Source of the DNA: Botryllus schlosseri
Lineage: Eukaryota
Reading direction: 5' to 3'
Length of the DNA: 64,000 nt
NCBI GenBank assembly: GCA_051294905.1
Contig: CM119371.1
Location: 28,274,001-28,338,000 of the forward strand
Shown here: piece after piece, positions 13,642 through 27,148 of the stretch
Layout of the letters: every line of letters begins with the position of its first letter
How positions within the stretch are numbered: position 1 is the first letter of the stretch
Notes under the pieces: model-generated
Told to the model about the DNA's origin: nothing
Seen by the model: only the letters and a program-made list of their open reading frames with translations
The model's database searches: none
Made by a program: the position numbers and the translations under genes

Positions 13642-15732
13642 CAGAGGTCTCAAACACGCGGCCCGCCAGATTATTCTGTGCGGCCCGCAAAGACATTTTA
13701 GAATTTCAAGTATTTGACAATATATAAATACAGATATATATCTTTTCATGTTTAAAAGTTAAAATTCCTTTTCAAATTGCTCCGAGAGCCTGAAACTATT
13801 CATCAAACTTCACCATCACATCAATTGCAAACGCTACCATGCTGTAAAAGATTCACTATTTTGCCACATTTCCAATTCATGATGATAAATCCGGACCCTT
13901 AGATGATTCATGACTGAAATTTGTAAGTTATTGTGACTTGGACGCGAACTTTCGTAGAATTACTCGGACTCCGGCAGACTCGATGACAAAATGAGAATGA
14001 CTCAAGTTGACTCGGAACGCCGTAACTTGGTCACAAATATATGGACGCAACAAACTATTCAAGTGTCATGGGGAATAGTAATAGATCAGAAGGTAATAGC
14101 TTGGTATTCCGCTATCTAAGCAAATCTTTATGGCAACAATTGGCAATTTGGTAGTTACATTTATGGGTCCCTATATCCATGTTATTAAGGTGACTTAAAG
14201 GTACTGACTACTGAATACCGCAGTGGTACGCTCCAACGATGTGACGATGTTCGGCGTTCCGACATTTTTATTACTATGACACATTCAATAATATTTTTAT
14301 ATTGTTGTTTATATGCCCCAATATTCCACGGTATTTGACCAAGGACAATCATGAGATTAATAGCCCACTTATCGGGAGTGTACCCCAATCCTGGATTGGG
14401 CTACACTGCTCAACCATAAATGCTGTGATATCAGATCAATATCGAACATCAATCTGTTAAATTCAAAATATTCATAGTAGCTTCAAAATTATTACGCGAT
14501 AGCTTTTATGAAGACATCATGAATTTTTCCATCCGCATGGTATCTATATCTTATAATTATTATCTATCAAGTACAACGGCAATCCTATTCAAATAGTTAT
14601 AATTGTGATTATCTTTTTCGTGCCAGGTCCAAATTACTCAAAAGTAAATCACATTTTTGCTATGTGTGTTTAATGTCAGTCTGTTAGGTCGGTGGCTTTT
14701 GAATAGGACAATTTTATCCAGTCGAATATGGCCTACTTGGAAAGACATAGAACAGTGGTCGGGAAGCTATGGCTCGCGAGCCATATATGGCTCTTTTGGG
14801 TGGAAGATATGGCTCTTTGACATATTTTCAATTTTGTACTTGATTTTATCGATATTGCAGCAATTTTTTGCTAAATTTTCCTAACAGCTAGAATAATTAT
14901 ACTCGTGGCAGCATAAATAAAAATAAGTATTTGAGAGGTCAAGACAGTAGCGTGTCCAGGGTTAAGGGTTTGGACTCCTTTACAAAATCCTGAAATTTAA
15001 GTTGCTGTAGGGCCAGCGACTAATATCACTCGCGAATTCGATGTACCCGGCATCGCGCGCTGCGTAATCTTGGATGGCACCACACGTTGTTTGATCAGAG
15101 AGAACAACATGACATGTGGACGCCTATATGACGATTTAGTTTTCAAATACATATTGTCTTCCTGATCTACGCCGAGAAATGAAGTGCCTTGGAATTGACA
15201 TTCCAATTACAAATCCAAATTACAAACAACGCTTTGCCACCAACGTTCGTCATTGATTAGTAGCTTTCTAGTACTGCCGTTAAAATGTAGGCGTGTAGTG
15301 CAACGTTTATGTTACCGCCGAATTGAGAAGTCGATCAATATTTAGATTTGTGGAATCAGTGCTACAGTTATATTAGATTAATATCAATTATTATAAATTC
15401 TCAGCTATTTACGATGAATTGCGCTACCACAGGATGATTAGTAGCCTATACCAGTTTTACACAGAAATATGGCGCACGCGATTAATCCCATGTAGGGAGT
15501 TGGAATTTGTACTACCATGACGTCACGAATTTTCAATTGTGACGTGACAAATGATTGACATGTATGGCTCTTTTGGAGTTTAAATGGAAAATATAGGACA
15601 AACATGGCTCTTCAGACGAAAAAGGTTCCCGACCATGCACTGACATAGAATATCCCTATTGATGCTGCGGCCCGCGGCGTCGTCAAAAACTGGAAAATTG
15701 GCCCGCGAGCACATTTGAGTTTGAGACCTCTG
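13642..15732. mobile_element. hAT-type element with a nested insertion
   Basis: TIR cagaggtctcaaac/gtttgagacctctg; TSD gactagct/gactaggt. Confidence 0.85.
14753..15642. mobile_element. hAT-type MITE nested in 13642-15732
   Basis: cagtggtcgggaa...ttcccgaccatgcactg, tggctc subterminal motifs, perfect TSD acatagaa. Confidence 0.85.
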
Positions 15733-17516
15733 GACTAGGTGCTTGCCTGGGTGGCCAAAGTTGAGTGAATGCTCGCTAATTCTGGTTGTCACTGTTTATA
15801 CTGACCGCTTTCAATGATGACATCCCTTCACCAAGCTAAATTAACCAAGAAGTGCGAGCCGTTTAACATGTAATGGTTGTCGGAGCATGTGAAAACGGAA
15901 GACATAAGTAGGTACGCCCGAAGACCTTTAATTACTATTTAGGGGTCCTATACCTTTTCCAACACACCTGACTCGATGAGCTCAACCGGTAAATCTAATT
16001 ACGTAAGCAGAGAGAGCATAAAATTGATAGCAATATACCTACTCAATCATGAATTACAGAGATTTTTCGCGCGTTCAGGCGACACACCCACTAAACAGAC
16101 TTCCAATGTAGATGAAAAGCAGCCGCAAAAAGCGCATAGCCCGAGGGGGGTCTGGGGGGCGAAGCCACAGATGTAATCGCAAGTATATCCGACCAAGTAC
16201 GGTACTGCTCAGATTTAGATCTTGTTCTTCGGCATGTGTACAATCGTTCGCCGTTTTGCCTCTGCCATGCTGCAATAGGGTTGCTCCAAAGCATAAACTA
16301 CTGCTATCGACTCTAAAGCATTCAAAGAACACGTGTTACAGTACTACTAATGACTCGTCAACCCACAACGGACTTGTACAGAACCACACCCGCTGCTAAC
16401 AGACTCGACCTCAGCAAAGCAGACTTTCAATTTAGCAAAGCGAAGCACCCGATTCCGAGTCAGCTGTTTCAGTAATTATTGAAGCTTAGCCGATTACCCA
16501 ATCAAGAACCGTGCTTTCGTGATTGCCCGCCTTTTCGCAACTCTGCTGTCAGTGGCCCGCCCACTCTTCACCAACGACTTTCAAACGCATTTAGACAAAT
16601 AGTACTGACTTTCCTGCGAGCTTCTTTCAGGCCCATTATTGTTTTTTACCAATAATCTACAGAATAAGCCATGGATACGCAGTATTCCAACCATTTTCCA
16701 AATTTTGAACAACCCTAGTGTACATATACCTCAGTGATGAATGAAGGACTGGAATCGCGCGCCTTTAGTGGTTTGACCATAGATGTGAATGTCTCCCATT
16801 GCCGCTAAAATGATCCAATGGCCCCGTGCCCAGAAGCAATTTTACCGCCTTCGCGGGGCAATTATACCAGTGTTTTTTATTACAAAAAAACGAACTGAAC
16901 ATCGCAAACAGGAGCACAAAATGTATTATTGCATTAAAATAACTAAATAGAAGTTTGAACGCTTCCTGGCTACGCCCATCGCATTTTTCGCATTAAAATA
17001 CAGTATCACCCTTCATGCCTTCTTCATGAGCTCAAAGTGTACTGGAAACACATTCATTTCATCATCTCCCTAGTCATATTTGGCCTCTTTTACCAAGGTG
17101 TTGTTGGTCAGCGTGCATAATGGATTGGGCATTCGGTCACCTGCGAAGGTGCGAATCTGACTTGGCTAAATATCTGGATTGAATGGGCCGATGATAATGT
17201 AGTAAAACGAGGACGCAACATTGCGTTGCGTCAAAGCTCGTAGTATTCTTCTGTTCTGTACGAAATTAAATTAAATTGTTCACACCAAATGACAAAATGT
17301 AAGTGGGCCATGCTCAAAGTCAAGGGATGAGGATTCAATCATGGGCAAGTTCTTCAGTGACAATTGAAGATCGACAAACCGAAAGCCGAGCAACATGAGA
17401 AAAGGTGTAGAATAATGGAAATAACCGAACCTTAAGATTGACATCACCACTTCGGTGTGGCCGTTCCGACAGATGATCAAGCTACAATTGGTATGGCAAA
17501 GTAGTATGTGTTATGG

Positions 17517-18770
17517 CAGGGGTTCTCAACCCGCGGCCCGCAAACGCTTCTTCTACGACTCGCGAGATCTTTCAATATGATCGCAATCACTACCGGCACA
17601 GTATTGATACATAATAATTTAGCTACCTAAGCTCTCTTATCGCACCGTCTCTATTTGGTTTGATTTATTCTCCTTCTTCAATGTGTTCTGGTTTCTTGAT
17701 ATATGGTCGAGTTTAGATTCCTATTGTTTTGAATAGGTTTTCGGACAGTTCCGTCTGGAGTTATACATATCACCTGATCTTAGAAAAAAGTGTTGCTAGC
17801 TAGGTCTCATGCCCAGCAATCCATATTTTGAGGCATTTGTTGAGATTGCCGACGACGTTAAAGACGCATGGTTCAAAATTGCTTGGTATATCGCTAAACC
17901 CATGAAATCTGCTAGAAAAGGTGTGTTTTCAACAAAACGTTACTATACTGTGCGAATCTCCGCTGTTTCCGACATTTAGTACCAAGGACAACTTCATCTA
18001 ACAAATTTCGAAGCTGCAGTTGTCCGATTCAACCGTGACAAGAAGAGTAACAGCAATGTTAGTTAATCTTTTGTCGCATGTTTTGAAACACGTTGCCGCG
18101 TAAACTACTTTAACCTAGCATTGGACAAAATCCACGGACATTGCAACGCTAATGTATTGGAGTATTCTATCGGAGTGGATATATTCGTAGACGTAATTCT
18201 GGCCGGGCAAACGTGGAGGGAGGGGACTAGTAAACAACATCAGGACAAAGCTGACTTCTGTAACTATTGGTGCAGGGCATCAGCTATGGAAGGAAATGAT
18301 AAGGGTTGATTGGTTTGCTCAGAAATTACCCCGGCCATGAGACTTCTTATCATATAACTGAGAGCTCAAAGTGACAATGGCCTCAGTAACGAAAAAGTTA
18401 CCGTAATTGTATACTTGCTCGCTCACGCATTGAAACAGAGAGTTCAGTTGTCTGGTACAAGGGTTTGAAGGTGCACACTGCACATACCGACTTGGGAACG
18501 AATGCAATGCACGCTTCATGAAGGGATTTACTTGTTCCGTTGGAAGATGACATAATCTCACTAGAAACAGCAACTGAAAGCTTACGAACGCTGTCCATTA
18601 ATGCTGTAGAATGCATACAAATGTACTAAATGCCCATATACGACTGGTAAATAGGCTATATTAGACTAAATAAATTAGTCCACAAATATACGGTAATAAT
18701 GTTCTGCGGCCCGCAGCGGTTTTTGCTGTTAAGATGCGGCCCGTTATGCAAGGAAAGCTGAGAACCCCTG
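17517..18770. mobile_element. hAT-type non-autonomous element
   Basis: TIR caggggttctca/tgagaacccctg; perfect TSD tgttatgg. Confidence 0.9.
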
Positions 18771-19147
18771 TGTTATGGTATTGAGCTTCTGACTGTTGCA
18801 AAATTCATCTGTAGTAGCTAACATATGGACATAGATATTCAGCATTGAAAAGATATTGTAAAGGGGCACAACAATTGCCCCTTACACGCCCCACCATGAT
18901 TAGTGTCTCAGTATGGAACCTTCCCGGCGATGCAAGTCCTAGTTTTCCTATCATCACGGTAGACTATGGTATCATCGATCCAGCTACATATATTGCGTTG
19001 CAACCACTTGAGGTATATTCTTCTTAACAAATTATTCCAGGTCATAACACTCAATGGTCCAAAATTTCGTTCTTTTTTAAATTTTCCGGGGTTTCGCGTC
19101 GTAACTCAGCGTAACTTCAGGTATGTTGGGAGACATAACTATAGTAC

Positions 19148-22100
19148 TAGGGATGGTGTGGGCGTGAACGTGAGGTTCACGTTCGCGTTCTGTGTGTGAA
19201 CCTCAGATATTTTGAGGTTCACGTTCACAAACGAACCTTGGAAGGTTCTGCACTGTGAGCCTTTTTCATATATCACAATTTCCACTTCATTATAACGTCT
19301 TTGATTGAAATTTATTGCAATTCAACTGCGGGCCACTCTATGCATGGCGCTGGCAGCATAAATAAAATCAACACTAAACTAGGGTTGCCATATTTTTGTG
19401 GGGCAAATTCCGGACACTCTTTAGCGCCAACTAGCGGATTTCAAAATGAGGTGTAACACAGTGACAGTCAATATCACGTCACACTAGCAAAGCATTGCCC
19501 ATCGACTGTATACACTATACAGGAATGACGTGGAACATATGTCATGAATTGGGCCATCTGTAATGTGAGCTCTGGTGATTGCTACTTGCTAGGGTTTGCA
19601 ATAGATACCTCTACGGGTCTGATGAAATCATCTGGCGGGCCGTGTCTGACCTGTCAGGATTGTGTTTGACAGCCCTGCTATACAGTTAGGTCGGTGAGGC
19701 TATCTGTTTAAGTGTTTTAATCAGGTCCGAAACATTATCCCCCCCCCCCCTTCCGTCAAAAAAGCACTGATCTTGGACCCACCATAGGGTAGTCGATGTA
19801 ACTTGTTGGGCACTTCCTATATGCATGTAGCTGTTAAATTTCATGTGTAAATTCTGTCGATAATATTGATTCTTCGATATATTAGACTACTATAAAATGC
19901 ACCAGCAGATTGCACATCCGGTGATTTCCAACCTTTTATGCTCGTTACCTCATTTCCTACTTGAAAATATTCCGCGAAAATTCAGCTTGCCCAAACTTAC
20001 TCACGGCCTAGGAAGCTGATTACGTCCCACATCGTCGCGATCTCCAGATAAAGGCGGACGACTCCAAGATTTGGAACCACTGTCTGTGATTGAAGCATCC
20101 ATTCGGCCTTAACCAACTCTAGGAATATACCGTTAGCTTGTAATTTCGATTACAATCAGACTTATTCAGTAAATGATGGTTATTTATATTTATTTTGATT
20201 GCATTTTTGTCGAGGGTGGTGCCTGGAGCCCATACTAATATCATTATACGTTGCATTAACTCGCGCGCGGCGCGAAGAACAATTTTGAACAGCATAAATC
20301 TGCTTGAAAATAATATTGTTTATGTTGATTTACGAAAAACTTTTGAGACTGCTTCAAGCCTTCAAAATTCCGGACATTTAGGCCTATTTTAGAAATTCCT
20401 CCCGGACACAGATTTTTCAGTGAAATTCCGGACATGTCCGGGAAATTCCGGACGTATGGCAACCCTACACTAAACGAGCATACACCTTGACAATCTCAAA
20501 AACTTTACTTGCTCCGTTACAAAAGTTTGCTCGAAATATCCAGCTTTCCGTTTGTGGACTCTCTGCTGTGAGCTTGACCCGAAGTGATACAACTTCAAGA
20601 GCGAAATACACTGCATGTAGTCAGCGAACGATGCTTTGTCAATCAATCAATGGAATTGATATTGTTGACTGATGTAAAAAATCTAGATGGTGTACTGGGT
20701 CAATCTTGACTTCATATGTTTGTTGTATCATACGAACAAAAAACGTGCGATTGGAGTGCTGGCTACTGCTGTATAACTTGTTTACGGGGTAATATCGGCA
20801 GCAAGTATAGAAGCCGGCCGTTTTACACTACGCTCAATATCAACGTTGCAATACTCAGACGCTGAATACATTGTCCCGTCTGGCCTAGACCGTTATTGCG
20901 TAAGCTCATAGTCCCTTGCAAGTCCTTGTCGAAATTGTAGGCCAAACTACACAAGATGTTAATTTTATGGGATAATCATATCAGTTGAACTGGGGCACCC
21001 CAAACCGCCCAATTGTAGAGGTGCCGAGCTTGAAAAAAGCCCCAAATTATGTTGCAAATTAACATAAATTAAGGCGTATTCTTTTGAAACTTTTCCAACA
21101 TTTTTCAGTTTCTTTTCGCGCTTTGCGCGATTTAGTGTCACTAGATGTCATGTTTATTAGGTGCCCTTCTCCGATAAATACGCATGATTTATACAAAATA
21201 GGCATTTCGGCGTCAGCCATTACCGCGCCACGACGTACCAACACATAATGAAGTTTAGGCTAACATGGGACTCCGAAAGGTGTGCTAAAAATTCGGCAGC
21301 GAGAAAACCGATTCAGTCATGATTGATCGAAAAAAAATTGGAGCGATTGAGCTACATAAACTCTCTGCTTGCCCTGAACAGAATGAATGTGCTGACAAGT
21401 ACAGGTGAAAACATCCACCCCATTGTAGGGTCTGGGGGAAAAGTCCCTGGAAATTTGTGTTGTCGCCCTGTGAGTGCCCAAGACATACGTTTTTTGGGAG
21501 GGCTGACGAAGTGCTTTTTCGGCCGGACTGGCCGATGGCCGGTATAGTTGTTGTATGCTGTTTTCTTACGGCACGCATTGTATTCGTAGTTTCCATAGTA
21601 GCCTATGCGTCCGGTGGCAGTGGGCCATGAGCAAGGTAACAAGGTGCTTGGTTCGACTCCGAAACGCTTCTTCTCTCGATATTGTCAAAGAGAAGAATAT
21701 TATTCGAGTTGGCGTGATCGGTTAAACCGACGGCATTTGGCGCGAAAGACTGTAAACGACTCTCGGCGGTAGCACGTTTATCTGAACAAAGCAATTTTAC
21801 CTCGACTCAGCAGACTGACTACCATAAAATCACATGGATGCCATCATGGAAATAATTAATTACGATTAAAACCGCTAAATGTCACTTGCTAGCACCATAT
21901 AATTGCAAAAAACGGTTGCATACTCTACATTTTAGCATCATTTCAATTGTAAAAGTTCACCGGTCCGCCAGGACATTTTTCGAAATTTTACCGGTCCGCG
22001 AGGTGAAAAAGGTTGAGAACCACTGATATAGACTATCACCTCACTGAAATGTAGGGATGGAATTAGCAATATGACGTCACGTGACATCATGAGGTTCACG

Positions 22101-22178
22101 TTCGCGTTCACACAGAACCTTACAAAAAGGTTCGCGTTCTCACGAAACTGAACCTTTCATAGGTTCATACCATCCCTA
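19148..22178 (+). mobile_element. tagggatgg-family hAT element (GTGAAC/GTTCAC subterminal repeats) with nested insertions
   Basis: Collinear with the uninterrupted copy at 33010-34019; TIR tagggatgg/ccatcccta; interrupted by 19380-20467 and by ~20990-22026. Confidence 0.85.
19380..20467. mobile_element. tagggttgcca-family hAT element nested in 19148-22178
   Basis: TIR tagggttgccata/tatggcaacccta, ccgga subterminal repeats, perfect TSD cactaaac. The sister host copy has a single cactaaac (empty site, ~33216). Confidence 0.92.
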
Positions 22179-22881
22179 ATAACTACCGCATGCACACTCA
22201 AAATATGCACCCTACTAGCGGGGAGGTCGAATGTTACATTTTTCCATGGCTACATTTGTCCCCGGTCTTCCCTACTATATACAGCCCTACATTTTCCATG
22301 ACATCTGACATAGCTCTACGGGTAAATGTTATTACATGAACAGAGTGAAGATAAGAAATTGATAGCAATATAAATGCAATTCCCGAACATTTCCGCACGT
22401 CACGCGACTAGACGAAATAAGCTGAATCAATGAACAGTACAACAGATCTCGCTAAAAAGTAGCGACAAAAACATACAGCCTGATGAGGGTGTCGGGGTGA
22501 AGCCCCCCCCCCAACCCCATAAGTTGGATATATCCCCCTAAGGACTAAGACCAACATTTTAGGAGGGCTGACGAAGTTCTGTTCCGGTCCTGCGTACATC
22601 GACGATGGATTTTGACTGATACCCGACCTTATACTGATCAAAAGATGTCTCTGGATTATGAGTGACTGAGTGAATTCGCATAGCGATTAGCTGATGCTAT
22701 TTTGGTCTGTCTTTTAAGCACATATGAAAAGCGTTTACTTATGGATAAATAGGATATTTCCATAAAAGGCCATGTGATATGCAAGCTATAATATGCTTTT
22801 TGAATATAAGAAACAAAGATTGAAATCGAAGTGGCTCACAACGTCCAACTCGTTTTCTACGCCTATATGACACATTTTTAG

Positions 22882-22974
22882 AATGGCAATCTTAAGAAGC
22901 TCATCATATCGCAACCCAAAAATACTCACCTTAATTATTCTCTTGCCGTAGAGAAAAATTGTTTTTCTCGTGAA
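22882..22974 (+). CDS. Gene A putative LRR-like exon (NGNLKKLIISQPKNTHLNYSLAVEKNCFSRE)
   Basis: Acceptor acatttttag|, open phase 0-0 frame with an LxxLxI motif. The donor is either gtaatg at 22975 or a GC-type gcaagt at 22981. Confidence 0.5.
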
Positions 22975-23477
22975 GTAATGGCAAGTTAGAATGGCGCGCG
23001 GCCCACGGTATTTGTTTTTGATTTAGCTTATGCTCAGGTACCTTTGAGCCAAGCTAACCCACGGTCAAAGATTGTATTAGACCCCCAAATCACAAAAATA
23101 CGCATATGGTACTTGCAACCATTGCACATGAATATTTTTGACAAGTTATTAAACTGGAAGGTTTTTCTTTCAGCTCATAATTAGTGGTTCTCAAACTTTT
23201 TAAGACTCGTCTCCCTTTGATGATATTGAACGTTTTTGCGCCCGCCTTATCGTGATATCAAAAAATATTAGAATGAGCAACGAGAATGTCTGCAATCCCC
23301 AAGCATAGTTTGACGTAATGCCAAGTTATAACTGGTAAAGGCTGCTACTTATACTGGACAGAGGCTTGAAACTCGATAATGGACATTGTGTTCTTGCCGT
23401 TATTTGACATGGTGTTGTGACGTGTGATTACTGGTCTGTTACTATAACGATGACGTAATGTCAGATTTCACGCTCAG

Positions 23478-23558
23478 GTGAAAGCATTACTGGTTAATTG
23501 TTACCAAGAGAAGAGCATCGACTGGCAGTCGATTAGCAATTTTGTCAAGAAACATCAG
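23478..23558 (+). CDS. Gene A putative LRR-like exon (VKALLVNCYQEKSIDWQSISNFVKKHQ)
   Basis: Acceptor tttcacgctcag|, donor |gtaaga, 81 nt, phase 0-0. The size matches a single-LRR exon, and a 53-nt intron follows. Confidence 0.65.
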
Positions 23559-23611
23559 GTAAGATTTTATGGTTCACGGAATTTCCGATAATTCTACTTT
23601 TTCTGCTTCAG

Positions 23612-23788
23612 GTTGAACGTCTTGATATCATTTCGAATGGCGATGCTACCGCCACACAATATATCGATGTTGTAAATCACGGGAATGAAATCTCGACTTG
23701 GGGCGTTTGCGTCAATATCCATTGGTCGTTTTATCTTCGTAATCCGGACGACGTGCAAAGCACATTACAAGTTTGTCAGCAACATAAT
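23612..23788 (+). CDS. Gene A putative LRR-like exon (VERLDIISNGD...LQVCQQHN)
   Basis: Strong acceptor ctttttctgcttcag|, open frame of 59 codons, donor |gttcgt, then a 63-nt intron ending in gtacag. Confidence 0.6.
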
Positions 23789-23851
23789 GTTCGTTAACTA
23801 GACTTACCCTTTAAGTCGCAGGCGTATCTTGAAATACGTTTAACCGTACAG

Positions 23852-24038
23852 ATGTGTGTTAGATGTGTGATCGACTGGTTTTATCGTCCTTCGTCTGATG
23901 ATATTAATACCCTCCTCCAATACTCAAAGAAGCTCACTCTCATATATTGGCGGAAGGATGATATTTTGGAAAAATACGACCTCGACAAGATTTACAAGAC
24001 TTCAAACCGCCTCGGTATTGAGCTGGAGGTTTTATGCG
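23852..24038 (+). CDS. Gene A putative exon (MCVRCVIDWFYRP...GIELEVLC)
   Basis: Acceptor taaccgtacag|, consensus donor |gtgagt, phase 0 to 1. Coincides with ORF 23852..24046. Confidence 0.6.
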
Positions 24039-24182
24039 GTGAGTGAATGCACCAAGACGTGTTTTAAACAAATGCAATTTCAAACTAAAAAAATCAATAG
24101 GCTAGTTTTAAAATTACTTCGGAATTGGATTAATATACTTCTGAAAAACACGCAGTATGAGCCTCCGAACTCTTTATACTAG

Positions 24183-24241
24183 ATATGGTCGACATGGAAT
24201 GCTTGGAACCCTTTACATCGTCGTCGCCGCAGCAGCAGTAA
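24183..24241 (+). CDS. Gene A candidate terminal coding exon (DMVDMECLEPFTSSSPQQQ*)
   Basis: Acceptor ctctttatactag|, phase 1 compatible with the previous donor, TAA stop at 24239-24241. Confidence 0.4.
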
Positions 24242-25386
24242 TGCCGCGTATAGTTTTGTATCACTTGAAAATAAGAAATGTTTTGATGATGATGATGATG
24301 ATGACCGTCGCCCGTAAAATTGCTGCATGCTGATGTAGTTCTGGTCTAAGATATTCTTTGACCTATTTAAGACAGGATTCGGGAACCTTTTCGACAAAGG
24401 AGCCATATCGGTCCTGTATTTTCAATCGTAAATTCCCGCATAGACATAAGACAGTGTCAACTGCGGCGACAAAATCGAATATGTGTGACGTCATCATGAC
24501 ATAAAATTGAGTTTCCGTATATGTTATTAGTCGTTTAAGTCATGTTTAATGTGTTTGTTGGCTACACTCTCGACCGGTGATTCCCATATGCGGCTCCAAG
24601 GTAACCTGCTTGAAGCTCTGAACGACCTCTAAATGCGCCACAAAATATAACAATGGGCGATTGAAGTATGATTCTATGAATAGTTGTAGCCAATTTTTGC
24701 ATATGAATGCGAAAATGGGGGATATCAGTTTTGTCTAAACCCGTCGAAGGCCGCTTCTGAAAACCGGGAAAGATAATTCTTGCAGAGAAGCGTCGGACCC
24801 ATGAATGAAGTCTCTTCAGACATGGATATATCTTGAGTTCTGCTGGTGATAGACCTTTATATATCGTGAAGAGTGAATTTCGACACAATTTTCCTAACAT
24901 CAAAATATCGGCTCATAGTCCGGTAAAAATTGCTGCTAGTCCAATATTACTCAGCTTATATCCGAATAATTCCCCACAAACAGGTGTAATAATTCCTGAA
25001 AGGTATAAAGAGCTTTTACGTAACGGCATAACAGTATATTGTAGTAATGATATGCATTTTCAGTTTATTTCAATGTATAATCTGTATATCTGCGTCCATG
25101 AATGCTGAAGTAACCGATATATAACCTAGAAAAGTCTACGTGCATGCTTTTGAATTAGCAGGATGGTGAGATCCACAGGTAGGCTAGCTTCCAATAAATT
25201 TTTGTTATAAGTAGCCTACTCTAGTGTTTTCATGTGGCTCCGTACGTACTCTGAAGTTTGAAAGGCGGCTCTGACATCCAAAAAGGATGGGAACCACTGC
25301 TCACAAAAGCCGCTATGCGCTTGGAAAGACTAGCAGTACTCTGAAATCGCATGACCTACTAATGAAATTGAATGAAATTGTTACTG

Positions 25387-25390
25387 ATGG
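25387..25390 (+). CDS. Gene B candidate start (ATG G followed by donor gtgaga)
   Basis: ATGG|gtgaga gives a phase-1 donor compatible with the exon at 25975. This is speculative. Confidence 0.25.
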
Positions 25391-25974
25391 GTGAGAATCT
25401 GGTGAAATTATTGATGAAACCCGAAGACGCGCCATTGGAAATCGACGTTGATGAATACCATGCGAGTCTTGAGTCGTTTGGATAATATTCGCAACCCACT
25501 GCTGCGGGTTTACAGTTTTGCGGATCCCTTCGTTGCGTACGATGACCTATTTATGGATATATTTACATTGAAGATAATACCGCAAGGTCAAGCAGTTGCT
25601 TCTCTATTCAACACTGTATGGCGTGAAGCCTTTTCGGTGATTTTGTCGCATGAAATAGCGCAATTTCTTAAATACAAGAACCATAATCGAGCATTCCATC
25701 CCGTGCACTCGAGTGAACCCCAGTATTGCTCCTTCAGTATAATAAACCTTCAACAGGTGGTATTTTTGTCTGCAAGAAATCATAGCTAAAAAAGCATGCT
25801 TTAAAAAAGAGACATGTTATTAACATGCCTCTTTTGAATGAAACCCCGGATGTATTTTGACTACCCAAACATTTCATATTGTATATAGCTTGACGATCAC
25901 TTACAACCTGCGGTATAAAGTCGTGTGAAGCTGAAAAGTGGGCTACTTCCCAATTATGCTGTTTTTGCTTTCAG

Positions 25975-26022
25975 ATATCGATCTTGCTTCTTGGTGGCAA
26001 CTCGGCGTTGAATTTCAACCGG
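25975..26022 (+). CDS. Gene B putative N-terminal mini-exon (DIDLASWWQLGVEFQP)
   Basis: Strong acceptor gtttttgctttcag| and consensus donor |gtgagt. 48 nt, frame-preserving and open in phase 1. Confidence 0.55.
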
Positions 26023-26260
26023 GTGAGTTATATTGCAACATGGCGACGGACTGCAGTAATTTTGACATCCTCGTCGATACTGATTTAAGCGACGTCGAAT
26101 AGTTGTAACACAATCAATCGGGTATAAAAAACGCCGAATTAAATTGGCCTTAGCTTAGCTCGGGCCACAAATCCTCTCCCCTAACAAGCTCCATTCGTCC
26201 CTATTATCGGTGATTCCTTCGTTTACAGTGGCTTTGATTCAAAGTTTGTACGCTCTTTAG

Positions 26261-26368
26261 GTTCCTCAACATTGGATGAATATGAAGGCAGTAAACTGTC
26301 ATATTCCTTTGTTTTCCCTGTCGTCTTGTCGTCCGATCGAGTCGCAAGATCAACATTCAGAATCGAAG
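26261..26368 (+). CDS. Gene B putative N-terminal exon (GSSTLDEYEGSKLSYSFVFPVVLSSDRVARSTFRIE)
   Basis: Acceptor gctctttag|, donor |gtgagc, 108 nt, phase 1-1, compatible with the NACHT exon acceptor. Confidence 0.55.
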
Positions 26369-27148
26369 GTGAGCTATGTAGGATTACCATATTTGGGAAT
26401 CTGAAAACAGGACCCTTTAAAGGAATTCAGACATACAATACAAGAGGAAAATCCGGAGAAATCGGTAAATTTATTCCGAGTTTGTAGTGGGTTGACCAAC
26501 GTATTCACTTTGATTCGACTCCTGCATTACCCACTTATTTCGGTAATTTTATGATTTAGTTGAACAAAAAAAGTTCGTCTTACGGGCTCAACTCCCGAAA
26601 GAGCCGGCAGACCGTTACTGCGGTACTGATTTCCGTTTCTCAGTTGAATTTTCAAATAACTTTAACCAAAATTTTCAAAAAAGAGGACAACTTCCCGAAA
26701 TAGAGGTCATTTGGGCGTCCTGCGTGGACAATTCAAAAAAGTCAAAAAGACGAAAAATCTTCTTAAAAGAGGGCGCATGGCAACCCTAGAGCTAGGTAGC
26801 TTAATCGGAAAGGCGTATTTCAAAAAGATGTCAAACTCCACCCTGAACGTTATAAAATGACTCCCCCCAGAGTATTTTGAACAATTGAGACCATGATCTA
26901 AAACAGTGATTTCGAAGCCACCGGTCCGCAAAATATATTAAAGTTTTTTGTCGTAATTCCAAAATGCAATTCTAGTTCAATTTTATTTCAAGATAATTCC
27001 AGTAATCTAATTAGACTAATTAGACCAGCGGTTCTCAACCTTTTTGGACATGCGCCCCCCCTTGTCGATGGTCAAAAAATTCGCGCCCCCTGACCCCCCC
27101 CCCCTCTGCACTATTATCGTCATGTCAAAATGAGCTCATCTTCTAATA

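Larger units (their letters stand above)
10301..16805. mobile_element. Element bounded by ~80-bp inverted repeats (10301-10382 and 16724-16805)
   Basis: gcggaaatgggagacattcacatctatggtcaacc...ctgaggtatat matches its reverse complement 6.4 kb away; no clear TSD. Confidence 0.5.
10144..22274. mobile_element. Possible old Tc1/pogo-like element acting as the outer shell of a nested TE stack
   Basis: taggggggaccggagacaattgtaaca at 10144 is an imperfect inverted match to tggctacatttgtccccggtcttcccta ending at 22274. TA lies close to the right end; the left TSD is unclear. Confidence 0.35.

Noticed and set aside
24373..25299. Single hAT element between the two gene models
   Set aside because: Both ends look hAT-like, but the TIRs and flanking 8-mers do not match each other, so boundaries cannot be supported.
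25448..25789. 113-aa ORF between the two gene models
   Set aside because: No recognisable motif and no phase-compatible splice sites in that frame.
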